DNA of 64,000 nt, from assembly GCA_046759645.1 (NCBI GenBank), contig JBHICO010000001.1:5109-69108 (forward strand), in the 5' to 3' direction. The notes below the pieces were generated by a model. It was not told the DNA's origin and ran no database searches. It saw nothing but the letters and a program-made list of their open reading frames with translations. Below, one piece after another: positions 39,050-48,396 of the stretch; positions within the stretch are counted from its first letter, which is position 1; the number at the start of each line of letters is the position of its first letter. This DNA is from Nitrososphaerales archaeon. Lineage in GTDB: Archaea > Thermoproteota > Nitrososphaeria > Nitrososphaerales > UBA213. The position numbers were made by a program, and so were the translations under genes.

Positions 39050-39706
39050 ATGTTAGAACAAAATGGTGTTAAGATAACGTGGCTAGGGCATGATTCGTTC
39101 AAGATCAGTAACGGCAAGACATTGTATATAGACCCATATAAGATAAAGTCTGAAGGCGAGGCAGACTTGGTGCTGATATCCCACGAACACTTTGACCACC
39201 TGAGTATGGATGATATAAAAAAAGTAGTTAGTAGTAAAACTAGCATTGTGGCAGCAGCGCAATGTGCTGAGGCATTGAAAAGAGTCGGTGCAAAAGAAAT
39301 CACTATCGTGAAACCTGGAGAGAAGGTGAATGTGCAGGGAATAGATATAGAAGCTGTTGCAGCATATAACACGAACAAAATCAAGCCTGATACAAAGAAA
39401 CCATTTCATCCCAAGGAAGACAATAACGTTGGATTTGTTCTAAGTATTAACAATGTAAAAATTTATCATGCCGGCGACACTGATGCAATTCAAGAGATGA
39501 AAAACATACAAACAGACATTGCCCTCTTACCTGTGAGCGGGACATATGTGATGACAGCAGAAGAAGCAGCGGAAGCTGTAAGAATGATAAAACCAAAAGT
39601 TGCGGTTCCTATGCATTATGGTGCAATAGTTGGAAGCGCGAAAGATGCAGAAAAATTTAAACAACTTGTAAAACAATGTGCCGTAGAAATCCTCAGCATA
39701 GAATGA
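39050..39706 (+). CDS. Metallo-beta-lactamase-fold hydrolase (UPF0173-like)
   Basis: ITWLGHDSFKI, LISHEHFDHL (HxHxDH) and HAGDT. Start set at ATG 39050. Confidence 0.85.
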   Translation: MLEQNGVKITWLGHDSFKISNGKTLYIDPYKIKSEGEADLVLISHEHFDHLSMDDIKKVVSSKTSIVAAAQCAEALKRVGAKEITIVKPGEKVNVQGIDIEAVAAYNTNKIKPDTKKPFHPKEDNNVGFVLSINNVKIYHAGDTDAIQEMKNIQTDIALLPVSGTYVMTAEEAAEAVRMIKPKVAVPMHYGAIVGSAKDAEKFKQLVKQCAVEILSIE

Positions 39707-39906
39707 AAATAGATGTATATGTTACAGAACCTAGATACAATGTTACTTGACCATGCGAAGTGGCATAATTAAAGAATGTAGGGAAGGCTAAGAGAAGATC
39801 AAAGAGTTAATAGGATCAAAATATAGACTAACCAGACAGAACTAATGCATGATTTTTCAGAAGCTATAGATTAAAATAGCTAATAGAGTTGGGGATTTTT
39901 GTAGTT

Positions 39907-42588
39907 ATGGGAAAGGAGCAACAAAGGCTATCGATCAATTTCACCTCATTCAAATTTACGAGAAAACATATGATGATTATTGCTGTGTTAGCCATAGCAT
40001 TTTCAACCGCCTTCATGTTACGGTCCCTACCGTTACAGTATGGATTCTATCTTAACGAATTCGATCCTTATTTCGATTTTCGTGCAACACAGTTTTTGAT
40101 TGATAATGGTTTTGATAAATACTCCACGTGGCATGACACGATGTCTTGGTACCCTGAGGGAAGAGATGTTTCAAGAACATCACAGACAGGTTTGCATATT
40201 ACTGCTGCTGTCCTTTATAATATATTTGGTTTTGGTGCTCCACTTCATGACTTTATTATATGGTTCCCAGTCGTCTTCGGCTCCTTTACTGCAATTGTTG
40301 TGTTTGCTCTTGTTAGAGTGATATCTGGCACAACTGCTGGACTATTTGCATCAATGTTTTTCGCCGTTTCCCCTGCAATAATCCAACGTGGAAATCTTGG
40401 ATGGTTCAAATCAGAACCTTTAGGACTATTTCTCGCTTTGCTTGCAACATATCTTTTACTCAGCGCACTGAAGCACAATCACATACGTCTATCACTTCCA
40501 AAAGCTGTTGGTGGTGGTCTGTTGCTTGCACTTGGTATGGCGTCTTGGGGAGGAGTGCAGTACTTTAGTTTGTTATTAGGGTTATTCTTTATCGCAATAC
40601 CATTTTTCAGCAAAGATAGAATGCCTTTGTTCGTGGTTCCAATATTTGCTGTAAGCACAATAGCAACAGCGTCAGCATTTCCGGGTTTGGTGGGGCAGCC
40701 AGGATACCTATTTCCGGCAACTCTTGCAGGGCTTGCGCTTTGGGTTCCTGCGGTAATATTTGTTGGTGTGTCATACATAATAACAATGAAAAGCAAGGAA
40801 AGAAAGCAGATGAGAAACCTCCTTGCATGGCTTGCTGCCTTTATTGCAGGAGCAGGTGGGTTCCTCGCTGCAGGTTCATACATTGTCCCCGAGTTTCGTT
40901 ATATCAGTGTGATCAGTCCCTTTATCAAATCTGAAATTCCCCTAGTAGAATCGGTGGCGGAGCATTTTACACCTACGTTAGTGGATTACTTTGCCAACTA
41001 TTCCGTGTTGATTCTATTAGCTGGATATGGTGCGATGCTGTGCTTCAGGAAGCGAAATGACATGGCAATATTTGCTTTAATAGCAGGAATTACTGGCATA
41101 TACATAAGTGCGTCGTTTTCAAGGCTGATGGTCTTCTCTTCGATTTCTATGATCATACTTGCATCCATCGCACTCTATGAAATTACATCTGCTATATTCA
41201 GTAGAACGGAAGCTACTTCAATGCCTTCAAAGAAGAAGGTGAAGATTAAGCCCGCTGGAAAAGACTTTCGGGTTGCATACACGGCGATCATAATGACGAT
41301 GCTTGTGGTACCTATGTTTTTTCCCCCACAGGTGAGCTGGGTTAATGCTGCAGACATTCCTCCCAGTATAGCTAACGGTGCTACCACTTTCAGGATAACG
41401 TCAAACGACTGGTTCGAAACTTTGGAATGGATTAAAAACAATACTACAGAAGATGCGGTAGTGGGTGCTTGGTGGGACTATGGCTACTGGATAACCACCT
41501 TGGGAGAGAGAGCCACTCTAGCAGATAATGCAACTTTAAATCATACAAGAATAGAGCAGATAGCAAAGGCGTTTAATTCTGAAGAGCAGGCTGGTGTGCA
41601 AATTCTCAAGCAATTGCATGCTGATTACGTTTTGGTGTATGTTGTGGGCCAGAGAGCACCTCTTCCAGATGGTACCAATTTTGTGCTGCTCGGAGGTGGT
41701 GGTGATGAAAGTAAAAAGCACTGGTTTATGAGAATTGCTGGTGTAAACGAATTCGAGTATTTGGAAGATGATGGTTTTACACCTACGCCATTATTCTGGA
41801 ATAACACATTACTTGGGAAGATGTTCCCTCTGCTACCTATTGCGTATGCTAGACTAGATGAAGGAGGAAGGTTCGCTGATCTGCAGCCAGATTATAGAAG
41901 TGGATATGTTCCGTTATACTCAGAGATGATCAAGTATCCTGAAGATGGTAACGGCCCGCTCAGACTTGTCTATGCTTCTCCAAGTTTTGTTGACAAGAGT
42001 CAGCGTCTGATGCTTGCTATAATGATTTATGAAATTGTTAAGGAGTATAAACCCATAGAAGAACCCATGAAGGATGAAGTCACTAGTGTAGAACCTTTGC
42101 CATCAAACCAGTATGCTACACTTCAGACGAATTATGGTAATATAACTATACAACTCTTCCCTGATATAGCTCCCAAGACAGTTGAGAACTTCGAAAAACT
42201 TATCGACGCAGGATTCTATGATGGAATAAAGTTTCACCGCATAATTCCTGGGTTTGTAATACAGGCTGGTGATCCCAATACTAAAACAGAAGATAGAACG
42301 ATGTGGGGCTTTGGTGGACCTGGATACAGCATCCCAGCAGAGTTAAGTGATATGAAGCACCTGAGAGGTGTAGTATCGATGGCACACCCCGGCGATCCTA
42401 ACAAGGCTGGTTCACAGTTTTTTATAGTTGTAAATGATGCCCCACATTTGGATGGTAAATACAGCATATTTGGAAAAGTTGTGGAAGGAATGGAAGTGGT
42501 TGATGTTATAGTATCGCAACCAAGGGATGAGAGAGATATTCCATTTACTGATGTTGTGATAGAGAAGGCAAAGGCGTTCAAGAAGTAG
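39907..42588 (+). CDS. aglB: Oligosaccharyltransferase AglB/STT3 fused to a C-terminal cyclophilin-type peptidyl-prolyl isomerase
   Basis: Multi-TM N-terminal half, with WWDYGYW at 41470-41490. After a linker comes a full cyclophilin domain (from about 42112): FHRIIPGFVIQAGDP, GVVSMAH and GSQFFI. The frame is uninterrupted. Confidence 0.9.
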   Translation: MGKEQQRLSINFTSFKFTRKHMMIIAVLAIAFSTAFMLRSLPLQYGFYLNEFDPYFDFRATQFLIDNGFDKYSTWHDTMSWYPEGRDVSRTSQTGLHITAAVLYNIFGFGAPLHDFIIWFPVVFGSFTAIVVFALVRVISGTTAGLFASMFFAVSPAIIQRGNLGWFKSEPLGLFLALLATYLLLSALKHNHIRLSLPKAVGGGLLLALGMASWGGVQYFSLLLGLFFIAIPFFSKDRMPLFVVPIFAVSTIATASAFPGLVGQPGYLFPATLAGLALWVPAVIFVGVSYIITMKSKERKQMRNLLAWLAAFIAGAGGFLAAGSYIVPEFRYISVISPFIKSEIPLVESVAEHFTPTLVDYFANYSVLILLAGYGAMLCFRKRNDMAIFALIAGITGIYISASFSRLMVFSSISMIILASIALYEITSAIFSRTEATSMPSKKKVKIKPAGKDFRVAYTAIIMTMLVVPMFFPPQVSWVNAADIPPSIANGATTFRITSNDWFETLEWIKNNTTEDAVVGAWWDYGYWITTLGERATLADNATLNHTRIEQIAKAFNSEEQAGVQILKQLHADYVLVYVVGQRAPLPDGTNFVLLGGGGDESKKHWFMRIAGVNEFEYLEDDGFTPTPLFWNNTLLGKMFPLLPIAYARLDEGGRFADLQPDYRSGYVPLYSEMIKYPEDGNGPLRLVYASPSFVDKSQRLMLAIMIYEIVKEYKPIEEPMKDEVTSVEPLPSNQYATLQTNYGNITIQLFPDIAPKTVENFEKLIDAGFYDGIKFHRIIPGFVIQAGDPNTKTEDRTMWGFGGPGYSIPAELSDMKHLRGVVSMAHPGDPNKAGSQFFIVVNDAPHLDGKYSIFGKVVEGMEVVDVIVSQPRDERDIPFTDVVIEKAKAFKK

Positions 42589-42748
42589 GTTCGTCCTTGT
42601 ATCGGTCCTGTATCCTGTACCTAGCGTACCTATCATCAGGTGAAAATTTTGCAGGGTGTGGATTGTGGGTCTGCATGCCACATTTGGGGCAAACTTTCTT
42701 CAACGTATATAAATTGCAAATAAGACATTTCCTAAGTAGCTGCTTCAA
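42578..42748 (-). CDS. nop10: H/ACA RNP protein Nop10
   Basis: 56 aa, read manually: (TTG)MKQLLRKCLICNLYTLKKVCPKCGMQTHNPHPAKFSPDDRYARYRIQDRYKDEPTS. Classic Nop10 zinc ribbon plus the PxxFSPxDxY motif. Its TTG overlaps the aIF2-alpha TGA (TTGA). Confidence 0.85.
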   Translation of the reverse strand: MKQLLRKCLICNLYTLKKVCPKCGMQTHNPHPAKFSPDDRYARYRIQDRYKDEPTS

Positions 42749-43548
42749 ACTTGGCGCCTTTTCTTTGACTCTTCCCTTGTAAACCTGAATGTTCCGTTGC
42801 TTTTCTGTATTCCATCCTCGATCTTATTTATTGCCGCATTCAACACCTTTTCTGCAGTTTTGAAGTTTTCTGCATTTACAATTATCCTGTATTTTGGCGC
42901 TCCTATGTATGATATCTCCACTTTCCCACCTCTCTTGTTTTCTTCAACGCTCTTCAAAACTTCCTTTATGATCTCTATGCCATTTGGTTTTCTGCATGTT
43001 AAATCCAGTATTCCCCTTACCTCTACTATGGGAACTGGTATTTTGTTAGCAACTTCTTCTATAGCAGCAACAACTTCTTTCGGAAGATCAAGATCCTCTA
43101 CTAGCTTTACACCTTTTTGAGCAACGGATTCAAAGACATCATATAGCATGGGAACCCTCTCAGACAAAACTTCTGAATACTTTTGCACCTGCTGATCAGA
43201 CAGATTGCACCTCTCCTTAATAAGCGCCATGAACGCCCTAGCCTTTTCATCTTTCTTAACTTCCATAAGTTTCTCTTTCTTTTCTCCTCCTCCTACTTGC
43301 TTTAGTGATAGATCCACCTCAGCTCTTGTTCTATTCACCCTTATTACCTTCAACACAGCCTTCTGCTTTGGTTTCACGTAGCGTTCGATATTCCTAACCC
43401 ACCCTGTAGCAATTTCAGAGATGTGTAAAAAACCTGTTATTCCACCAAATTCATCTAGTGTAACATATGCTCCGTGAGACGTGACATCCTTTATAGTTGC
43501 TATTACAATCTCTCCCTGTTCAGGCAGTTCCTTAACTTCTGTGGTCAC
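42745..43548 (-). CDS. eif2a: Translation initiation factor aIF2 alpha subunit
   Basis: N-terminal S1 domain (GEIVIATIKDVTSHGAYVTLDEFGGITGFLHISEIA), a helical domain and a C-terminal alpha/beta domain. GTG start. Confidence 0.92.
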   Translation of the reverse strand: MTTEVKELPEQGEIVIATIKDVTSHGAYVTLDEFGGITGFLHISEIATGWVRNIERYVKPKQKAVLKVIRVNRTRAEVDLSLKQVGGGEKKEKLMEVKKDEKARAFMALIKERCNLSDQQVQKYSEVLSERVPMLYDVFESVAQKGVKLVEDLDLPKEVVAAIEEVANKIPVPIVEVRGILDLTCRKPNGIEIIKEVLKSVEENKRGGKVEISYIGAPKYRIIVNAENFKTAEKVLNAAINKIEDGIQKSNGTFRFTREESKKRRQV

Positions 43549-43590
43549 AAGTAGTATGTGCGTATAAACGGCATACTTTAACCTTGCTAA

Positions 43591-44124
43591 TTAAAAATCT
43601 ATTCCCTTCTTTGCTTTCTTTCCTTGCTTGTAGGGATGCTTAATTTCCCTCATCTCAGTGACGAGATCAGCATTTTCGATAACTTTTTCACTTGCATAGT
43701 TTCCCGTCAATACCAGTGTTGTATGCTTGGGCTTTATTTTCATCAGTTCCAAAACTTCATCAGTAGAGATCAATTCCAGATTCACCGCATAATTTATTTC
43801 ATCCAAAATTACCACATCGTATTTTCCCAAACTAATTTTTTCCTTGCTTATCCGCAATGCTTCCTTTGCGGCTGCAACATGATCCTCCCTCGGCTTATCA
43901 TCATCGATTATACCAATAAAGCCCTTACCTGCAACAACAAGTTCAAAGTCAGGCTCTAACCTACTCGAGCTGTTTAATTCGCCATAAAACCACTCTCCCT
44001 TGATGAACTGAACCATGACAACTTTTAATCCGTGGCCTAATGCACGAATTGCCATACCAAGAGCGGCAGTAGTTTTTCCCTTGCCTTTGCCAGTATACAC
44101 AATCACTAGACCTTCTTCGCTCAT
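43591..44124 (-). CDS. cobO: Cob(I)yrinic acid a,c-diamide adenosyltransferase (CobA/CobO/BtuR type)
   Basis: YTGKGKGKTTAALGMAIRALGHG, VQFIKG, LDEINY and HPYKQG. Confidence 0.9.
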   Translation of the reverse strand: MSEEGLVIVYTGKGKGKTTAALGMAIRALGHGLKVVMVQFIKGEWFYGELNSSSRLEPDFELVVAGKGFIGIIDDDKPREDHVAAAKEALRISKEKISLGKYDVVILDEINYAVNLELISTDEVLELMKIKPKHTTLVLTGNYASEKVIENADLVTEMREIKHPYKQGKKAKKGIDF

Positions 44125-44173
44125 GCATTAAGCTAGAATAGTTTTAAATAAAAACCGTAAGATCAGTCCTGTA

Positions 44174-45532
44174 TTGATACCGAGGATTGTTATTGCCGGT
44201 GTGACTAGCGGTGTGGGTAAAACCAGCATTTCTATCGCCATAATGAAAGCTCTAACGGAAAAAGGGTATGTAGTTCAAGGCTTCAAGGTCGGCCCAGATT
44301 ATATAGATCCCAGTTACCATACTTCGGTAACGAATAGGTTGTCAAGGAACTTGGATCCATGGCTCATGGGTGAAAATGGTCTTCTGCAAAGTTTTTATGA
44401 TGCATGTAAGGATGCTGATTTTGTTGTTATTGAAGGTGTGATGGGTCTTTTTGATGGTTTATCTGGTTCAAGCAATTTCGCTAGTACGGCACACATTGCC
44501 AAGTTATTGAAAACGCCCATTGTTCTTGTGATAGATGCGGCGAAAGCCGCACGGTCAGTTGCAGCGGTTGCCCTTGGCTTTATGAAATTCGATTCCTCGA
44601 TAAAGATTGCAGGTGTGATACTGAACAATGTAGCTGGAGATAAGCATGCGAAATATTGTATCGATGCAATCAAGCAAGTGAATATTCCTATCCTAGGAAA
44701 TATAAAGAGAAATCAAAACATTCAGCTGCAGGAACGCCATCTGGGACTGATACCGACTAGTGAAAGGAAAGATGTGTTAGCCAAACTAATGGCTGTGGCT
44801 AATTACGTAAAAGAACAGATCGATATCGACCAAACTATTTCAATAGCAAAGAAAGTACCGAAGCTACAGATCTTACCAAATAGTGTACATAAGAAGATTG
44901 ATGCGATGATAGCTGTTGCGTTAGACGAATCGTTCAACTTCTACTATGCAGACAATCTGGATATATTACGTTCATTGGGTGCGGAGCTAAAATTCTTTAG
45001 TCCTGTGAATGACACACATCTTCCTAATGCAGATGGCCTTTATATTGGAGGAGGTTTTCCGGAGGTGCTTTCATATAAATTGGAAAAAAATTATGATATG
45101 CTAAAATCTATAAGAAAAGTAACTATTGACGGTATGCCAACATATGCTGAATGTGGTGGGCTAATGTATCTTACTCGAAGTATAATGGAGTTTGATGGCG
45201 AGAAGCATAATATGGTAAACATATTCGATGTGGATACTATAATGGGGAAGAAACTCACATTGAATTACACTGATGCAAAAGTCATTAACTCATGTATTAT
45301 TGCACGACCCGGTAAAACAATCCATGGTCATGAATTTCATTACTCTAGAATTGATGAGATTCCAAGTGATGCTAGGTTTGCATATCAACTGAAGAAAGGT
45401 GTAGGCGTTAATGGGTATAACGATGGGTTTATCGAATATAACACTTTAGCATCATACATGCATATTCATTTCACGTGTGCGAATTCAGCTGAAAACTTCT
45501 TGAGAGCATGCAAGAAATATTCCAATCGCTAA
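44174..45532 (+). CDS. cbiA: Cobyrinic acid a,c-diamide synthase
   Basis: N-terminal IAGVTSGVGKTS P-loop, EGVMGLFDG, and the C-terminal GATase YAECGGLMYL. TTG start. Confidence 0.92.
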   Translation: MIPRIVIAGVTSGVGKTSISIAIMKALTEKGYVVQGFKVGPDYIDPSYHTSVTNRLSRNLDPWLMGENGLLQSFYDACKDADFVVIEGVMGLFDGLSGSSNFASTAHIAKLLKTPIVLVIDAAKAARSVAAVALGFMKFDSSIKIAGVILNNVAGDKHAKYCIDAIKQVNIPILGNIKRNQNIQLQERHLGLIPTSERKDVLAKLMAVANYVKEQIDIDQTISIAKKVPKLQILPNSVHKKIDAMIAVALDESFNFYYADNLDILRSLGAELKFFSPVNDTHLPNADGLYIGGGFPEVLSYKLEKNYDMLKSIRKVTIDGMPTYAECGGLMYLTRSIMEFDGEKHNMVNIFDVDTIMGKKLTLNYTDAKVINSCIIARPGKTIHGHEFHYSRIDEIPSDARFAYQLKKGVGVNGYNDGFIEYNTLASYMHIHFTCANSAENFLRACKKYSNR

Positions 45533-46164
45533 ATCATTTTGTTCGTATATATCTTGAACAATGCATTGATTATTGAAGCGGCGATGGTGCTTCCACCTTT
45601 TCTGCCCTTGTTTGTTATGTAGGGAACGTCTACGCTGAGCAGTCTTTCTTTCGATTCACCAGAGGAGACAAAACCAACAGGAATTCCAATTATCAGTGCT
45701 GGTTTTACAACACTTTCTCTAACCATTCTTATCACTTCATAAAGTGCAGTAGGCGCATTGCCAATTGCCACTATTCCATCATTAATAGCAATAGCAGCTT
45801 TCCGAATGGCTACTTCTGCTCTGGTTTTATTCAGTCGTTTTGCTTCATCAGAAACTGTAGGATCAGAAATGTGACATATAGTTCTTATTCCAAAATCACA
45901 TAAATATTTCTTGTTTAAACCTGCCAATACAATATCTGAATCACCGACTATAGCACATCTGTTTTTGATTGCTCGCAATGCTAAGGTTATTGCATCTTTG
46001 TGAAAGATTATCCTATTATCTTTTGCAAAGTCAAAATCTGCAGAGGCGTGAATTACCCTTCTTACGATTAACCATTCTAATTCATCGTAGTCATGCTTGC
46101 CAATCTCCCGTTCTATTATCTCCATGCTCTTCCTCTCAATATCAACCGCTCTTTCATACACCAA
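45529..46164 (-). CDS. cbiC: Precorrin-8X / cobalt-precorrin-8 methylmutase
   Basis: VIHASADFDF and IGNAPTAL, at CbiC/CobH length. Confidence 0.9.
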   Translation of the reverse strand: MVYERAVDIERKSMEIIEREIGKHDYDELEWLIVRRVIHASADFDFAKDNRIIFHKDAITLALRAIKNRCAIVGDSDIVLAGLNKKYLCDFGIRTICHISDPTVSDEAKRLNKTRAEVAIRKAAIAINDGIVAIGNAPTALYEVIRMVRESVVKPALIIGIPVGFVSSGESKERLLSVDVPYITNKGRKGGSTIAASIINALFKIYTNKMI

Positions 46165-46912
46165 ACTTCTTTTCTACCTCTCTTGCTCTTTCAAGTACAA
46201 CATCAACTATTTTGTGATCAACGCCTAGATGCCTTGCCATGTACACCTTGCTTGGATTTGAATCTTTTAATGCTATATTGACCTGTTCCCTAACATCACG
46301 TTTTATGTGTGCCCCTTTGTGCAGAAAATAAGGCATCAGTATTAGTACTTGGGGTTTGCTAGCAAATGATTGTTTTATACCATCTGCTATGTCTGGCTTG
46401 TCAAGCTCAAGAAAGCAGAAACCCACATTTTTGTAATTTCGCTTTATGGAATCTGCAATGTAAACAAACGCGTCTCTAGCATCTTTATCGCTGCTGCCAT
46501 GGCCAATTAATAGTATATCGCACTCCCTATCGGGCAACTCTATTTGTTGTTTCTGCTTTACTTCATTTATGCGATCTTTGACTATGTCAACAAATGACGT
46601 ATGATAATTCAGACATTCTGCTATCGCATAATTAAGGCCAAATCTAGATGCAATCTTTTCACTTTCCTTTACCGCTATTTTTAATTTCATGCCAGGGTAA
46701 AGGAAGTATGGCATTATAGTTACGAATTCCGCACACTGCCTCACACAAAAGTTAATGCCATCTTCTATGTAGGGAGGAGTAACTTCTAGAAACGCGTAAT
46801 CGGAGAGATAGTAGCCGCCTAGTTCTTTAGCAATTGAACAAACTGTGTGGAGTTCATCCTTGACATCCTGCTCCCTACTCCCTCTGTCTATCAACAGTAA
46901 TGCTTTATTCAA
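46154..46912 (-). CDS. cbiX: Sirohydrochlorin cobaltochelatase CbiX (two-domain form)
   Basis: ALLLIDRGSRE and ILLIGHGSSD mark the two half-domains. FLxxGxH-type motifs are also present (FLHKGAH). Confidence 0.88.
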   Translation of the reverse strand: MNKALLLIDRGSREQDVKDELHTVCSIAKELGGYYLSDYAFLEVTPPYIEDGINFCVRQCAEFVTIMPYFLYPGMKLKIAVKESEKIASRFGLNYAIAECLNYHTSFVDIVKDRINEVKQKQQIELPDRECDILLIGHGSSDKDARDAFVYIADSIKRNYKNVGFCFLELDKPDIADGIKQSFASKPQVLILMPYFLHKGAHIKRDVREQVNIALKDSNPSKVYMARHLGVDHKIVDVVLERAREVEKKFGV

Positions 46913-47985
46913 TTTATACTCACCCGTGTTATAGCGACAGTGAGGTTAGGTGGAAATTTTTGCTTCTGAATTAACAACACATTGCTCTTAGCACTTAACA
47001 TCGCAGAAGATTCAGATACACTTGAAGTTCCTTCGAACTTCTTCACGGTGTCGGAAGGATTTGGTACTTCAATTTCTGATAATTGGTTTTTATCAAAGTA
47101 ATCTACTGGAATGTTAAACTCACTTGAAAATTCCTGTAGGCCTTTTACAATCGCTTCCCTGTTTATAGTTGCGATGCTCCTTATACTCTTGAAACTCAGA
47201 TTTGCGTTTTTTAGTGTGGTTTGTATACCCTTTCTAATATCATCTTTGCTGGTATCCCAATGCAAACCAACACCAACAACTAAACTCTTTGGCCTATATA
47301 CTACGGACTTTCGCAATAATGCCTCATACTTATTGTCGATATGTTTATCCGTGATAACCAATGATGCCTTGTACTCATCGCTACTCAGTTCATCAATGCT
47401 ATTAACAATATTAACATTCTTTGGTAACGGCCTGTCATCAGGCCACCAGTTGCGTTCACCTACATCCTGATAAACACCGACTTTATCTTCATTGACCATA
47501 TGCGCACTCACTTTTGTAACAGTAGAATCATTATCAATTTCCCATCCAAATTCCCGGCCCAATAGATCAACTGCAATGGTTTCATTCACATCTGCTGCGG
47601 TCGTAATAACGGGTGTAGTATTTAGTATTGATGCGATCAATCTTGCTAGCGCGTTCCCACCTCCAAGATGTCCAGATAATGTGCTTATAACAAACTGTGC
47701 CTTGTCATCTATAACAACGACAGCTGGATCAGTCTTCTTGTCCTTTAGGTAAGGAGTAATCAGACGTATTACTGCACCAAGTGAAAATATACATACAATT
47801 CCTTGATGGGATTTGAATAATTTGCTTATTATAAATGAACTAGGATCGTGATGCCAATTAACATCATCTTTTCCATCACCAAATTTGTCTGGAGCGTAAA
47901 GATCAAACTCTGGCATTGTAGTCTTCAATTTGCGGGCGATCTCTATGCCATGCTTCGTTATTGCAATAACAGCTGTCTTGACCAT
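46909..47985 (-). CDS. cbiG: Cobalt-precorrin-5A hydrolase CbiG
   Basis: MVKTAVIAITKHGIEIARKL, TLSGHLGGGNALA and VVGVGLHWDTS. Start set at ATG 47985. Confidence 0.88.
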   Translation of the reverse strand: MVKTAVIAITKHGIEIARKLKTTMPEFDLYAPDKFGDGKDDVNWHHDPSSFIISKLFKSHQGIVCIFSLGAVIRLITPYLKDKKTDPAVVVIDDKAQFVISTLSGHLGGGNALARLIASILNTTPVITTAADVNETIAVDLLGREFGWEIDNDSTVTKVSAHMVNEDKVGVYQDVGERNWWPDDRPLPKNVNIVNSIDELSSDEYKASLVITDKHIDNKYEALLRKSVVYRPKSLVVGVGLHWDTSKDDIRKGIQTTLKNANLSFKSIRSIATINREAIVKGLQEFSSEFNIPVDYFDKNQLSEIEVPNPSDTVKKFEGTSSVSESSAMLSAKSNVLLIQKQKFPPNLTVAITRVSIN

Positions 47986-48396
47986 GTCATAAATGCATAA
48001 AACAACAAGAAATATCCTTTTCGATAAGGCCAAGAGCAAGGTATCTGTAACATAACAAACAATTCATTGAATTTTCAGCCAGGTCATCCAAGAAATAGGT
48101 CTTCGGTAAATAGGAATAACAATCAAAAAGTGTAAACCGAATAGATAGGGGTAGAGCAGAAGGATTAATGTGACAATATCATTGCTTAGAATAGACAAAG
48201 AAGGAAATGTGCACGTCTGTGGGTACACAGCCGTACAACTTATTAGACATGAGTCGGAGAGAAAAGTTGAGTTATCTCTGATTATGCTTTAGGTTCTAGT
48301 CAACTAATGAATTTATTGAGAACTGCCAATCCCTAAGTAAGAACGCATATGGCATATAAAAAAGGTTAATTAGACTCTCCTTTTCTAGCATCTCTC

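Noticed and set aside
40100-40934. Several ORFs of 64-134 aa on both strands inside aglB
   Set aside because: They are alternative-frame or antisense ORFs within a gene whose frame is fixed by the TM pattern and the WWDYG motif.
42412-42782. 89-aa minus-strand and 61-aa plus-strand ORFs in the aglB/aIF2-alpha gap
   Set aside because: The region is explained by the 56-aa Nop10 gene in another frame (42578-42748). These ORFs have no motifs.
48040-48396. Cobalamin riboswitch or other ncRNA upstream of cbiG, or a small ribosomal-protein gene upstream of rps8e
   Set aside because: I could not recognise a B12-box or riboswitch core, and B12 riboswitches are not an established archaeal feature. 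All small ORFs on both strands are under 25 aa and unremarkable.
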